Assembly: GCA_964016885.1 (NCBI GenBank)
Contig: OZ024740.1
Coordinates: 327,174,001-327,238,000, forward strand
DNA length: 64,000 bases
Direction: 5' to 3'
DNA from: Eledone cirrhosa
Taxonomy: Eukaryota
The notes below the pieces were generated by a model. The model ran no database searches. It worked only from the letters and a program-made list of their open reading frames with translations, and was not told the DNA's origin. Position numbers and translations under genes: made by a program. Within the stretch, counting starts at the first letter, position 1; the number at the start of each line of letters is the position of its first letter. Shown here piece after piece: positions 14,705 to 27,330 of this stretch.

Positions 14705-14706
<2 letters not shown>
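14383..14706 (+). mobile_element. Inverted-repeat element (arms 14383-14460 and ~14550-14627, plus tail) carrying a hammerhead
   Basis: TACTATAAGAATAAAGGAACAAAGATTCAGTGTTGCATCATAACATATTTAATAACATA is inverted at ~14569-14627. Bounded by microsatellites. Confidence 0.8.
14481..14574 (+). ncRNA. Type-I hammerhead ribozyme with extended stem II
   Basis: AACATAT-CTGATGA-(TCTT TCGATTACAG ... CTGATCGA TTGT)-GAAA-CATATG-TA-ATATGTT. 7-bp stem I, palindromic stem III, GUA site after 14567. The base of stem II is mismatched. Confidence 0.7.
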
Positions 14707-14788
<82 letters not shown>

Positions 14789-14939
14789 GGGGGGGGGAGA
14801 AATTGCTTTAATTATAGAGGAATCTTCTTAATAAGCATTTAATATGTCAAAATAGATGTGTATGCTTGTTTCATGGATCTCTAAAAGAGGCATACGATTG
14901 CGATCCACGGGACTTGTGGAAAGTTCTACACTAGAATTT

Positions 14940-15510
14940 ATATTTGGATAAATGGTGTTATTTTGAAACCATTTACTGTGGGTGTCGGATTTTGCCAAGG
15001 ATGCACATTTTCACCTATCCTGTTCATCATCTGTATGAATTAGAATGATATATGTACTCGGATTGGAAGTTGTATGAAAACTGATGTGTGATGGATCAGT
15101 CTTTGGAATTTTCAAACGACATGGTACTACTTAACTCGCTGGAAAGTGATATCCGACATGAATATGATAGGCTTGCTGCAGAGTGTTGCACAGCTGGAAT
15201 GAAAAGCGGTGCTGCGAAAGCTGAGACATTCGTCGTCACAAGACAGCCTGCGTAGTGCACAGAAGTGGGTGGAAAAGTTGAAGTATCCCGGGACAGCTTC
15301 AGTATTTGGTCATCATAAGAGCCAAACTCGAACCTTTACGTATGGCCATGAATTTTGGGTAACCACCAAAAGAATAGGATCGAGAATACAATACAAGCAG
15401 CCAAAATGGGGTTCATACGAGCGATTTTTGGAGTAACGTTACGCGGTGGGGTGCGTAGTTCGGTGATCCAGTTGTCACACAAGAAGAAGAAGAAGAAGAA
15501 GAAGAAGATA
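14940..15510 (+). mobile_element. Decayed RTE-clade (Rex3/Expander-like) LINE fragment
   Basis: GFCQGCTFSPILFII (RT motif) and TFTYGHEFWVTTKRIGSRIQ...AAKMGFIRAIFGVTLRGGVRSSVI, followed by (AAG)n. Confidence 0.75.
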
Positions 15511-15632
15511 CTCTTTAATACATTATTACGATGATTTAAGGTTGTAAAATCTACTGTCTAGTATTACTGTTGTATAGTTGGACTATAAATATCTTAAAAT
15601 ATGTTTACATACTGATAATAGAATTTTTGAAT

Positions 15633-15669
<37 letters not shown>

Positions 15670-15766
15670 AAGAAAGAGGGAGAAATAAAAGAAACCTAAT
15701 TAAAGTTCTTAAATCTAACATATATGACACTAGCTATTGTGTAATACAATACACAATTATATATAT

Positions 15767-16131
15767 ATTAGCAGATGTACCCGGCGTTGCTCGGGAAATG
15801 AATGACAGCCTGAATTGTTCAAGGTCGTTTATGGCTTAGCTAGCAATTTCTGAGTGCATGTCAGCTTATGTCAGCTAATTAGCTCGCCAATGAGAGGTCG
15901 CCTCAATAGCACGTGCCAAATCGGCCTAGTACTTCAAAAGTTAAAAGGAGCCTAGTATTTGTACAAAAAATCGATTTTTCGGCCCCAAAACCTGCTCTGG
16001 CATATAAGCAATACGTGTGCCAAATTTGGTTGAAATCGGCCTAGTACTTCAAAAGTTAAAAGGAGCCTAGTATTTGTACACAGACAGACAGACACACACA
16101 CACAGACCGACTTGCTTTTATATATAGAGAT
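15767..16131 (+). mobile_element. Non-autonomous Helitron/HINE (DINE-1-like) element
   Basis: 5' TTAGCAGATGTACCCGGCGTTGCTCGGG hairpin, internal ~50 bp direct repeat, 3' (ACAG)n...GCTTTTATATATAGAGAT. Confidence 0.7.
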
Positions 16132-16222
16132 GTATTATATATATATATACATAGACACACACATACATATACACACGTATATACATACATACGTATATAC
16201 ATACATACATACATATATACAT

Positions 16223-16680
16223 AAAAACTGCCACCAAATTAAAGCTCAACCGGCCTGATATTGTTGTTTGGGACCACACATCGAAAACGTGTTCTGTTGT
16301 GGAGATCAGCTTCCCACTTGAGGTAAACGTTGTCAGAAAAATACAGTAGAAGGAGGACATCTACGGACCATTGATGAGGAGTTTACAAATCTAGTATCCA
16401 AGATACACCTTTAGCTTCATACCCATCATTATTGGAGCTACGGGTTATATACCAACCCGCTTGGACCAAAGTATGACTGAACTTGGATTTGCGGACAAAG
16501 AGCGCAGCTCCCTAATTCATAGTCTACAAATGGCTGCGATAGCTGGCACCTTCAAAATTTACAAAACATTCTTGCGATTCAAGGGATGACAATTTCTTTT
16601 CTTTTACAACCTTGCCACCAGGAAGGTGGCCGGTCAAAAAAATATACTCGAAATTAAGAGAAAGAGATAACATACATACA
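16223..16680 (+). mobile_element. 5'-truncated R4/Dong-like element (restriction-like endonuclease C-terminus) in a (CATA)n tract
   Basis: Translates KLKLNRPDIVVWDHTSKTCSVVEISFP...K..IY...IPIIIGATG...KTFLRFKG* with two internal stops. ACAT repeats on both sides. Confidence 0.8.
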
Positions 16681-16714
<34 letters not shown>

Positions 16715-17270
16715 ACCAGAGGAGAAGGTGAGAGAGACCTAATTATAGTTATTTCTTAATTGTATTTTTCTATACATTCGTAACGAATCTATTCTCCACG
16801 GTGACGTCGCCAAGGCAACGTCTAAAACATCCTCAATGTTATAATTATGTGAGGTAAAAAAAAAAATCAATAAATAATTATCTGAAATACAGTATAGGTG
16901 TCATTAGCTGAGTAACTCTCAGTTTTCACAATCATTTATAAGTAGGAAGAAAACAGTAGCTTAACCATTCATTTAAAACGTCGCTTGAGGAAGGGTGCTG
17001 CTATGAACTCAAGTCATTTTTATGTTCACTTCTCAAACATTTCATTGAATTTCGTTAACTTTCGTATCGAATTCATGTAGATTATCTACGGCCTTCAATT
17101 TTCTCCCTCCCCTCCTCTCTCTTTATCTCTCTCTCTATCTCTCTATCTCTCGTTCTCTCTCCCTCTCTCTCTCTCTCTGCCTCTCGTTCTATCTCTGGCT
17201 CTGCCTCTCCTTTCTTAACTCATTGCTTGCCTGCCTAACAATCGATCAATCAATCAATCAATAGGTCTAC

Positions 17271-17359
<89 letters not shown>

Positions 17360-17473
17360 AATGTATGTATGTATAAAGGTACATACGTATATATGTCTGC
17401 CTGTATGTATGTACATCAAGCTAGACAAATAGATGTCTCTCTGGCCGCCTCTCTCTCTCCCATTTCTCTCTCT

Positions 17474-17583
<110 letters not shown>

Positions 17584-17669
17584 CAGAACAATATAGGAAG
17601 AAAAAACCCTTAATGTTTCGGACGTTATACATTACCTATCTACTTCTCTATTTATCTATCGATCAATCA

Positions 17670-17771
<102 letters not shown>

Positions 17772-19253
17772 CTTACTATCTAGCTATCCATCTATCTATG
17801 TATCCATTTATCTTCCAGCTTACATGTGATATTGACAAATTTGGCTAAGTTCTTATACCACGACTAGTCGAAAATTTTGATGTTTGCAGCAAACCCCTTC
17901 GTAGAAAATAAAACATTTTAAAAGTACTTTTGTTAGTAGCGAGCACATGGGCTTGTGCAGATATATATGAGTAAACTTACATTGCCATTACAACTATAAG
18001 TATTAAAAAATAATTATCAATGACAAAGAAAGAATCTTGCTCAAAGCAAACATTCTTGTTTCTAATCAAAATTTCTAAACTTTTATTAAATGGATATTGT
18101 TAATATATCATTCATGGTATCTCATTGTGGTATTGACAGTTACAGCGATTAGTCTATTAGACCGTGATTAGTCTATTAAAGTTTATATCACACTCGTGGA
18201 TATGCTGTCCTGTACAATAAAAAACACTATGAGAGACAATTCACAATTATATGAATTGGGAAAGACTTTCAAATTATGTCAGTTGAATTACATAAATTCA
18301 CGTTGGAAAATATTTTATATATATGTAGTTCACTTTCAAACGATGATTTTTACCATCTAAAATTTCTCAACATGAATTAAGGTTACTTGAAAATGATTAT
18401 ACACTGTAGCTTGAAAAATATGAAATATATATCGATGATATATATCGATGATATATATCATTGTATTGTATAACTATTTTTATTTTTATCATTCTGATGG
18501 TAAACAACTCTAATATATTTGCAATCGCCTATTTTTACATGTACAGACTAGCGAGGTTTCTGATGCATGGCCTTCAAACAATACATAACAAGATCCCATA
18601 AATCCAAACTTAGAAGACACGAATAGAGAGAATGATTCAGCTCTCAATATATTCCAAGGCCTTCGTATAAATATATAATTAACGTTTGGGAGACTGTTGT
18701 GTTGGTGGAAATTCACGGGATTTAATTAATTTTACAACTTTCATATTTCGATTGAAAACGGCATATTTATTGTGTTACATTATTGATATAGAAATCTTCA
18801 CGGAACAAATAGAACATAAATTACAATGCATTTTCCCGTAGGTTACCACATGCAACAAAGAGGTGTCGTAATGCATTTGCGTAATGCAACTTAAAGCTGT
18901 TCTCACAACGGAGGCTCTTGAAATATTTGCTGTCATTGTGTATATTATTGTGAAATACTATATATAAAATCTCATTGAACAAACACCAATTAGTGACAGA
19001 TTCAACAATAATATCCCCAAACAACCCAAACCTAAATACATAAAATCAATATATGGAGAATATATTAAACTTACTTTCTGTGACAATCGCTACAACCTTT
19101 ACACTGAATGGAAGGCATTTATAATTGAAATACAAAATATACTGCATCTGTTAGTCTATGATGGGCGTCTCGTAGACTTGGAACGTCGATACATACATAC
19201 TCAAGCATCTATATATGTATATATATATACATATATATATATATAAATATATG

Positions 19254-19358
<105 letters not shown>

Positions 19359-19477
19359 CGTATAAATATTTCGTATCTCCAAAGAAATACGGTTTTAGGA
19401 AGCCGTAGCTATGAAAACACCGGGGGGGGGGGGGGTCTGACGCCCTCTGGTGATGTCCAGCAGAAGCAAGGAGGACA

Positions 19478-19521
19478 ACCGTCTATGCATTTCAGGCTTA
19501 ACTGGCCTTCGTCAGGACGGT
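19478..19521 (-). ncRNA. Minimal type-I hammerhead ribozyme (minus-strand copy)
   Basis: Exact reverse complement of 19638-19681. Confidence 0.85.
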
Positions 19522-19637
19522 CCCTCCCACCGCTTGCGACTGCTGGACTAGAAGACAGGTGAGAATATATACTTTTCTCGTCTGTGTAAATGAGGTGATT
19601 AATCTCATTTGCATATGAAGTCGCAAGGGTGGGAGGG

Positions 19638-19681
19638 ACCGTCCTGACGAAGGCCAGTTAAGCCTGAAATGCATAGACGGT
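19638..19681 (+). ncRNA. Minimal type-I hammerhead ribozyme
   Basis: ACCGTC-CTGACGA-AGGC CAGTTAA GCCT-GAAA-TGCA-TA-GACGGT. Perfect 6-bp stem I, 4-bp stem II, palindromic TGCA loop III, predicted cleavage after 19675. Confidence 0.88.
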
Positions 19682-20048
19682 TGTCCTCCTTGCTTCTGCT
19701 GGACATCACCAGAGGGCGTCAGCCCCCCGGTGTTTTCATAGCTACGGCTTCCTAAAACCGTATTTCGTTGGAGATACGAAATATTTATACATATTGTATA
19801 TGCTTGAAGCGAAATCTTATTTCTTTTATATATATATATATATATACATATCGGAAGTTGTTTTTCGCTAATTCCAAAGCCGAAATACGATTCTCGTTAA
19901 TTTATATTTGTATATATACATATATGTATATACCTATATATGCGTGTGTCTGTATGCATCGAAGTTTTAAGGCTACGTATCGCTTATCATGTCTAAAACG
20001 TATCTAAAGCTGATATTGGAATATATATGTATAGATATGCGCGTGCGC

Positions 20049-20111
<63 letters not shown>

Positions 20112-21337
20112 TGAGGGAGAGAGAGGGTAGTGTGTGCGTGTTTGCGCGTATGTATATATATATATATAATGGAAAATTTGAACAGGAACAAAACAGAGAG
20201 GCAGTACAACGAATGTTTATTAATTTCACGCTCTGGAGAGTGGGTGGTGGTGGGGAACGACGTTTCGGGCATAAGCCCTTCCTTTTAGATATTAACTTGT
20301 CATAATATACCAAGTATTTTCAATAATGTATACATCTAAATTGTAAAGAATATGTTTAAAGATGTCTTTAGAAAATATTTTTAATATATTTGTTTAAGAT
20401 CACGGTCAACGAAGAAATAAACTGCTTGAAGAAGAAATATTTTTATAAAACAAAGAGAAAATTAGAACAGAGAACTCGCTTATTCAAAATTATTGAATGC
20501 TGTATAAAATAAATTGGAATTCCATACAAAGTAGGATAATTGGAGATTGCCTATTGATTCTTCGCTGAAAATTATGAAAGCTGTGTAATAGAGTAATGGA
20601 CCACTTGCAGCTTCTATACCTGTAGGACATTCTCTTCAGCCGTTTAAAACAATTTGTTTAATGCAATGGCAGATCTGATAAAGTTAAACATGGTAATTAT
20701 TATGAGCAAAATCAGTTGGCTTCTGGGGATTAATTATATTTGACAGTTGCACAGAGCCTCATTGTTGTTGTTGTTGTTGCTGTTGCTCTCGTCACCGCCA
20801 CCATTATTTTTCGCGTCACTGCCGCCGTCGTCGTCGTCGTCGTCAACGTCATCGTTGTTCCTGTCACGCCGTCGTCGATGTTGTTGTTTAACCCCATAAG
20901 AAATCTGAACGAGCAGATGCACGACCGAAGACGTTCCAGCCGTGACCAGCCTCGTGAATTGAAGGAAATTTATCTGCTGTCTCTAAAAATTTAAGCGACC
21001 ACGTTGAAGTTATTGTTTGTTTTGGCTGGTACTTACTGTAGTTCTATTAGACGGCATATCACACACATGATTACGCAGTCATGTATAATATACAACACCG
21101 AGAGATAAAGTTCGCTAATGTATTGGAATAATGAAAGAAATTCAATTTGTATCAGTTAAATTGCACAAATTGGAATGGTGTTCGTGAAATTTGATACATT
21201 TCACAGTCTTTCTTATTTTATGCCGATGGGTTATACTGTCTCTCTCTCGCACACACACACACACTCCCTCTCTCTCATTCACTCTCTATCTTTCTTTCTC
21301 TCTCTCTCTATATATATATATACAGTATATATATACA

Positions 21338-21414
<77 letters not shown>

Positions 21415-21515
21415 GTATGTATATATATATATGTATGTATATATATATGTATGTATATATACATGTATGTATATATATATGTATGTATATATATATGTAT
21501 GTATATATATATATG

Positions 21516-21580
<65 letters not shown>

Positions 21581-21688
21581 GTATGTATATATATATATAT
21601 ATGTATGTATATATATATATATTGAAACTTTAAGTTCTAATAATTTGTAATGTTGTCCCAACGCAAAATTCTGGACACAGATGAATAA

Positions 21689-21870
21689 TTGTTTCTACAT
21701 TTGGCACAAGGCCAGCAATTACCCAGTGTATTACTGGTACTTTATTTTATCGACCCCGTAAGGATGAAAGGCAAAGTTAACCCCGGCGGGATTTGAACTC
21801 AGAATGGCAAGGGCCGTAACTCTATGCGTCAAAACATGGCGTCCGACCCTCTACCGATACTGCCAATCCA
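21689..21870 (-). mobile_element. tRNA-derived SINE
   Basis: Near full-length reverse-complement copy including A box (TGGCAGTATCGG) and B box (GTTCAAATCC). Confidence 0.9.
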
Positions 21871-22438
21871 TAAATAATAAAGCAAGGAAACAATTTATAA
21901 CCACCCCAAGTAGAGCAGAAATTGGTGAAATTAAACACGAACTCAAGTTTAATACAGTTTGCAGTAAAAGTTTCATCTGAATCACAAACAAAACGTGAAA
22001 CTAAGGCGAAGAAAAAAAACACCGCTTCTTTTCTGGTAATAGTTTTTTATACAGGCATAAATGAAGTGATTGACAAGGAGAAGTTGCCAACACAGGTATA
22101 TGATATATGCAAAATCGACATCTGCAGGATTTGTATTCAGAACGTAAAGGGCCGAAACAAACACCACACGATATGTTTGCGACGCTCTGTAACAATTCTG
22201 TCAAACCACAAATAATAATAAAGTTACATAATAAATAAAGATAATGTTTAAAAATATGTTAATAATTTTAGAATATTGTGATGGTGATGATTATGATGTT
22301 GATGGTGATGATTATGATGTTGATGATGATAATGATGATGTTGGTGATGTTGAATATGATGATGATGATGATGATGATTATGATATCAATAATTAAGAAA
22401 AGAAATTAGAATAAAAATCTAAATAGTTTAGTACTCAC

Positions 22439-22498
22439 CGCACTGGTAAAAATACTAGCTTGGAATCTGATCTGCCGAACAGCGGCGAAAATACGCGC
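22439..22498 (-). CDS. Candidate 60-nt internal exon of an unidentified gene
   Basis: Minus-strand acceptor TTTTCTCTTACAG|G and donor GCG|GTGAGT. GC-rich relative to flanks and open in two frames (ARIFAAVRQIRFQASIFTSA or RVFSPLFGRSDSKLVFLPV). Confidence 0.4.
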
Positions 22499-22674
22499 CT
22501 GTAAGAGAAAATGACACTAAAAACTTGGGGACAGTGTATAAAATAGTACAGAGATATGACAGGATATAAAAGCTTAAATATTTTACATTTAAAGCAATTA
22601 TGATAAATACATTAAAATTCGCAAAAGCTGCACAGATTAATATTTTTAGAAATGAAAATAAACTTAAAATAATT

Positions 22675-22855
22675 TCTTCTTCTTCTTCTTCTTCTTCTTC
22701 TTCTTCTTCTTCTTCTTCTTCTTCTTCTTCTTCTTCTTCGCCCACTTATTACTGAGAGGGTCATGGGGGCAGAGTCCTCAAACACTCCTTCCAGCGCTTC
22801 CTGTCAGATACAACTGTCTCCAACTGATCCGGCTGATTTCCAAAACGAGACTAGC
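22675..22855 (-). mobile_element. RTE-like LINE 3' end with (GAA)n tail
   Basis: Minus strand ...GACAGGAAGCGCTGGAAGGAGTGTTTGAGGACTCTGCCCCCATGACCC...TAAGTGGGC(GAA)n. Confidence 0.55.
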
Positions 22856-22896
22856 CAAGCTCATTTTATATAAATAAATGCATTTGAAATGTATTT

Positions 22897-24073
22897 GTAA
22901 ATAAACTTGTAATACTCTTTAAGTAAACTTCTAATACCCTTTAAGTAAACCTGTAATACTCTTTAAGTAAACTTGTAATACCCTTTAAGTAAACTTGTAA
23001 TACTCTTTAAGTAAACTTGTAATACTCTTTAAGTAAACTTGTAATACCATTTAAGTGACCTTGTAATACCATTTAAGTAAACTTGTAATACTCTTTAAGT
23101 AAACTTGTAATACCATTTAAGTGACCTTGTAATACCATCTAAGTAAACTTGTAATACTCTTTAAGTAAACTTGTAATACTCTTTAAGTAAACTTGTAATA
23201 CTCTTTAAGTAAACTTGTAATACCCTTTAAGTAAACTTGTAATACTCTTTAAGTAAACTTGTAATACTCTTTAAGTAAACTTGTAATACCATTTAAGTGA
23301 CCTTGTAATACCATTTAAGTAAACTTGTAATACTCTTTAAGTAAACTTGTAATACTCTTTAAGTAAACTTGTAATACTCTTTAAGTAAACTTGTAATACC
23401 CTTTAAGTAAACTTGTAATACCATTTAAGTAAACTTGTAATACTCTTTAAGTAAACTTGTAATACTCTTTAAGTAAACTTGTAATACTCTTTAAGTAAAC
23501 TTGTAATACTCTTTAAGTAAACTTGTAATACCCTTTAAATAAGCTTGTAATACTCTTTAAGTAAACTTGTAATACCCTTTAAGTAAACTTGTAATACCAT
23601 TTAAGTAAACTTGTAATACTCTTTAAGTAAACTTGTAATACCCTTTAAATAAGCTTGTAATACTCTTTAAGTAAACCTGTAATACTCTTTAAGTAAACTT
23701 GTAATACCATTAAGTAAACTTGTAATACCATTTAAGTAAACTTGTAATACTCTTTAAGTAAACTTGTAATACTCTTTAAGTAAACTTGTAATACTCTTTA
23801 AGTAAACTTGTAATATTCTTTAAGTAAACTTGTAATACCCTTTAAATAAGCTTGTAATACTCTTTAAGTAAACCTGTAATACTCTTTAAGTAAACTTGTA
23901 ATACCATTAAGTAAACTTGTAATACTCTTTAAGTAAACTTGTAATACTCTTTAAGTAAACTTGTAATACTCTTTAAGTAAACTTGTAATACCCTTTAAGT
24001 AAACTTGTAATACTCTTTAAGTAAACTTGTAATACTCTTTAAGTAAACTTGTAATACCCTTTAAGTAAACTTC
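22897..24073. repeat. 22-bp minisatellite (TAATACTCTTTAAGTAAACTTG), roughly 53 copies
   Basis: Direct reading. Variants CTCT/CCCT/CCAT, GTGACC and AATAAGC. Confidence 0.97.
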
Positions 24074-24096
24074 ATAACCTTTAATCCTGAACATTA

Positions 24097-24190
24097 ATCC
24101 CGCCGAGGTTAACTTTGCCTTTCATCCTATCGATAGAATAAAGTACCAGTAATGCATTGCTGGCCTTGTGCCAAAAGTAGAAACAATTAA
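24097..24190 (+). mobile_element. 5'-truncated SINE
   Basis: AATCCCGCCGAGGTTAACTTTGCCTTTCATCC...GGCCTTGTGCCAAAAGTAGAAACAATT. Confidence 0.85.
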
Positions 24191-24427
24191 TTATAACTAA
24201 ACAAATTTGTAGTTTTGACGTCAGTGTGAAACATTCTTATTACCATAAGAAAGATAACGTATTATTTTAACAGTTCGTGAATTCTGAATTAACATTTATT
24301 TTAAACTGCAATTAGTTGCAGATAGCATGGTGATGATAAAATACCTGGAAATTTATTCTGTAACTTTATTTTTCAATTTTCAGGTAGAGTCATGCTTATC
24401 GGATACACAGACAGATCGTAATATAAT

Positions 24428-24532
24428 TGTTTCTACTTTTGGCACAAGGCCAGCAATTATCCAGTACATTACTGGTACTTTATTTTATCGACCCCGTAAG
24501 GATGAAAGGCAAAGTTAACCTCGGCGGGATTA
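24428..24532 (-). mobile_element. 5'-truncated SINE with 16-bp TSD
   Basis: CAGATCGTAATATAAT at 24412-24427 and 24535-24550 flanks the copy. Confidence 0.9.
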
Positions 24533-26140
24533 ACCAGATCGTAATATAATACGATCGAATTAGTAGGCATCAATAATTTTTATTACTGTGAATACCGATA
24601 AATAATGATTAATATAATTCCGGACGCAGGTATTTAGACGACGCGGTCAGGTGATAACCAAAGGAGATATATTATCAGCGTCCGAGCTGAAAAGTCCGAG
24701 CTTCACATGTTCTTCCAGCATCTTTAGTCAAAATGCTTGACCTCATATTGCTTTGGTCCGCATTACATATACTGAAACAGTCCCTCGGCCTGTCTGAGAA
24801 GTGAGTAGATCCGATTATGTACTGACTTCGTCTATGCCGAGCCATCTAACACTTGCTAAAGGGAATTCCGACGTTAAATCATGATGACAGTAGTATAAAT
24901 ACATATGTGATAGCATTTGTGTATTTTTCACGCAACATGCGTTTTTCATTCACATCACAAATTCTGTTATGTTTTCACACCCATCACCTGTCATTTACAC
25001 CAGTAAAGTTATAATTGTGAGAGCTTATTGTTATTCACAAACTAATGTTGGTTTTCTTTCATTTCAAGTCATCCTTTTATGTTGAAACGTTTTCTGCCAG
25101 ACAACATTGTAATTTAGCAGAGTTGACCGAAATAAGCACAATGTTACATTTATCAGTAATTTTTTTAAAAAGGATAATACGATAAACAACTTAACTGACC
25201 GCAATATCAATTCAAACTTACACGAAATATAATAAGTAGGTTATCTAAATTAAACAATAAGAGATTGAGTTGGAAAATATATAGCTTAGTGTGGAAGTTG
25301 TTAGAACGACTCACTTCTGTAAAGGGAAGAAACACAGAAACTGATGAATCATTTAATATCTTGTTGTATTGAGTTTATTTCAACCAATATATATGACAAG
25401 CTCATAGAAAGATCAAGAGCATTAAGATGACCTGATAACCCTTGCAACGCAATGCTGCAATATCCCTAAACGTTTCATTCACATCATTTCCCATTTAAAG
25501 AGGTTCAAGCATATGAGTTCCCGTTTAATGTTAGCCAAAATATCTGATGTTTTTTAACGTTATTCCGACGAAAGGAAAAGTGTTAAATTAATCTGACGAT
25601 TATTAGAAAGCCCAATCGAAATTAAAGAATTGTACATCCATAGGTCATACTTTTGTTTTGATCTATTGTTTCATAAGCTAGATATTAATAACTTGCGTAA
25701 AATTAGGCAACATGGCTCCAGTTTCCTGAACATCAAATTAGTTAACAAATGAGCTAAACAAACGAAACATTAATCAATACGTTATTAAATTTGACACGTG
25801 TAATGAAATAGAATTTGTGATGGGAGTGGGTTAGGGTTGAAGACATTAATTAAATATATTAAATAGACATGCGATTCTCTGCGGTAGACATGAACTTCTA
25901 CTCTGTAGATCACACATATCTGTTGCTATCTGCTGTTGAAAACAAAATTGGTTTGAATTGTTCAGAGGTTTACAAAAATAAAAAAAAAAGGATTTAAAAC
26001 GAGGCCATGAAAAGTTTATTTTAAAATAATGTTGTTATATTCTGAGGCATTGCTAATTTCTGAACAGCTACTCTCCTCATGTGTGTTGAATTTACCTACA
26101 AATGTTTAATAAATAGAATTGACGATAAATTATATTAAAC

Positions 26141-26731
26141 ACTAGCAGTGGTACCCTGCGTTGCACGGGATAAGGTATTGTGAAATATATAACCGCCTTA
26201 GCTAAGCTTAGTATTGCCACAACCACGGCTGGCAAAGAAGTAAGGGTTTGGTGGTACGTAAGTAAGCAACACTGTGGCTTAAAACGTGAAGAAGTTGTGT
26301 GCACTTACCAACTGTTTGGGGAATGAGTGTGAGATTTGTCTTGAGCAAGAGTGGCGGAATAACCGGAGGCAGCAGACAGCCAGACATACAGACAGATATT
26401 ATAAGGGCGCGTTCTGGACGCAGAGCAAATTGTAGGAAGTGACGTAATGCAGACAGCCAGACACACAGACAGATATTATAAGGGCGCGACGTTATATGTA
26501 TGTATCTATCTAAAAAGATAAAGACTAAGAATTATAGAGAGAGATCGCTAAATCACCTGATACGGTCCCTAGGGCATTGAAAATTTGAAATTTCTTTTGC
26601 TCAGAACACTCCCTGAAACATAAGTATTACATGTGTAAAGTTTGAAAACAGTCGGTTGGGTGCTTCTCTAGTTTTAGGGATTCAAACTTACACACACACA
26701 GACAGACATCCTCAGTTTTATATATATAGAT
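26141..26731 (+). mobile_element. Second Helitron/HINE-like element
   Basis: 5' ACTAGCAGTGGTACCCTGCGTTGCACGGG, internal ~40 bp direct repeat (26372/26449), 3' ACAGACAGACATCCTCAGTTTTATATATATAGAT. Confidence 0.7.
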
Positions 26732-27143
26732 AAGAAGAACCAATAAACTGTTAAGATTTTAATGTAATTGATATTAGATATCATAAGCCACAATTTGAGA
26801 CAAAAATGAGCAACAGGCCCATTGGCCAAGCTTATAACACGATTTAATCCCTTACCTATAATACTTAATGCTAGCACGATAACGTTTTTATGTTGCACAT
26901 AATTAGGATACCCTCTGCCAAACATTATAGAAAAGAGAAATACTTATATTGCTTAATTCGAGAAAAGTATAAAGTAGTCGGTGTGTAATTAAACCATAAA
27001 TTGAAGGTGATGTCTAGTTGTTTGATTCTCAACTATCATATCGTTCTAACGTTTATTTTATATTATTTTAACCCATTCTGTTGCTGCATCTGTTATTATG
27101 TTGCACCTTAAATGTGTGAGAGATATATCCGTGTTTTGTTCAG

Positions 27144-27330
27144 GTTACGAAATGCATGCCGATTACAGTAGCCAAAAAGACAGATAAGACAATTACAATT
27201 CCACTCACATACATTACACCCGAATCAATGCAAGTTGATTATATGTCTAAATATCTGAGATGTGATGTTGTTAAAGATATTACAATTTTTCATATTATTA
27301 ACTCTATCTCGAGAAAGGAATTAATTAAAG
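27144..27330 (+). CDS. Candidate coding exon (phase 0 to 1) of an unknown small protein
   Basis: GTTTTGTTCAG|G acceptor, AAG|GTAAGT donor, open frame throughout: VTKCMPITVAKK...NSISRKELIK. Confidence 0.5.

Larger units (their letters stand above)
19360..19790. mobile_element. Near-perfect palindromic element (arms 19360-19541 and 19619-19790, 77-bp spacer) with a hammerhead in each arm
   Basis: The arms are reverse complements apart from a G-run length difference and a few substitutions or indels. Adjacent to (TA)n(TG)n. Confidence 0.9.

Noticed and set aside
18955-19075. Minus-strand hydrophobic terminal exon (GLGCLGILLLNLSLIGVCSMRFYI*)
   Set aside because: The nearest upstream donor would give a ~44-nt intron, and there is no other support.
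22897-24073. Possible CRISPR array
   Set aside because: Contiguous tandem units without unique spacers, no cas genes, eukaryotic context.
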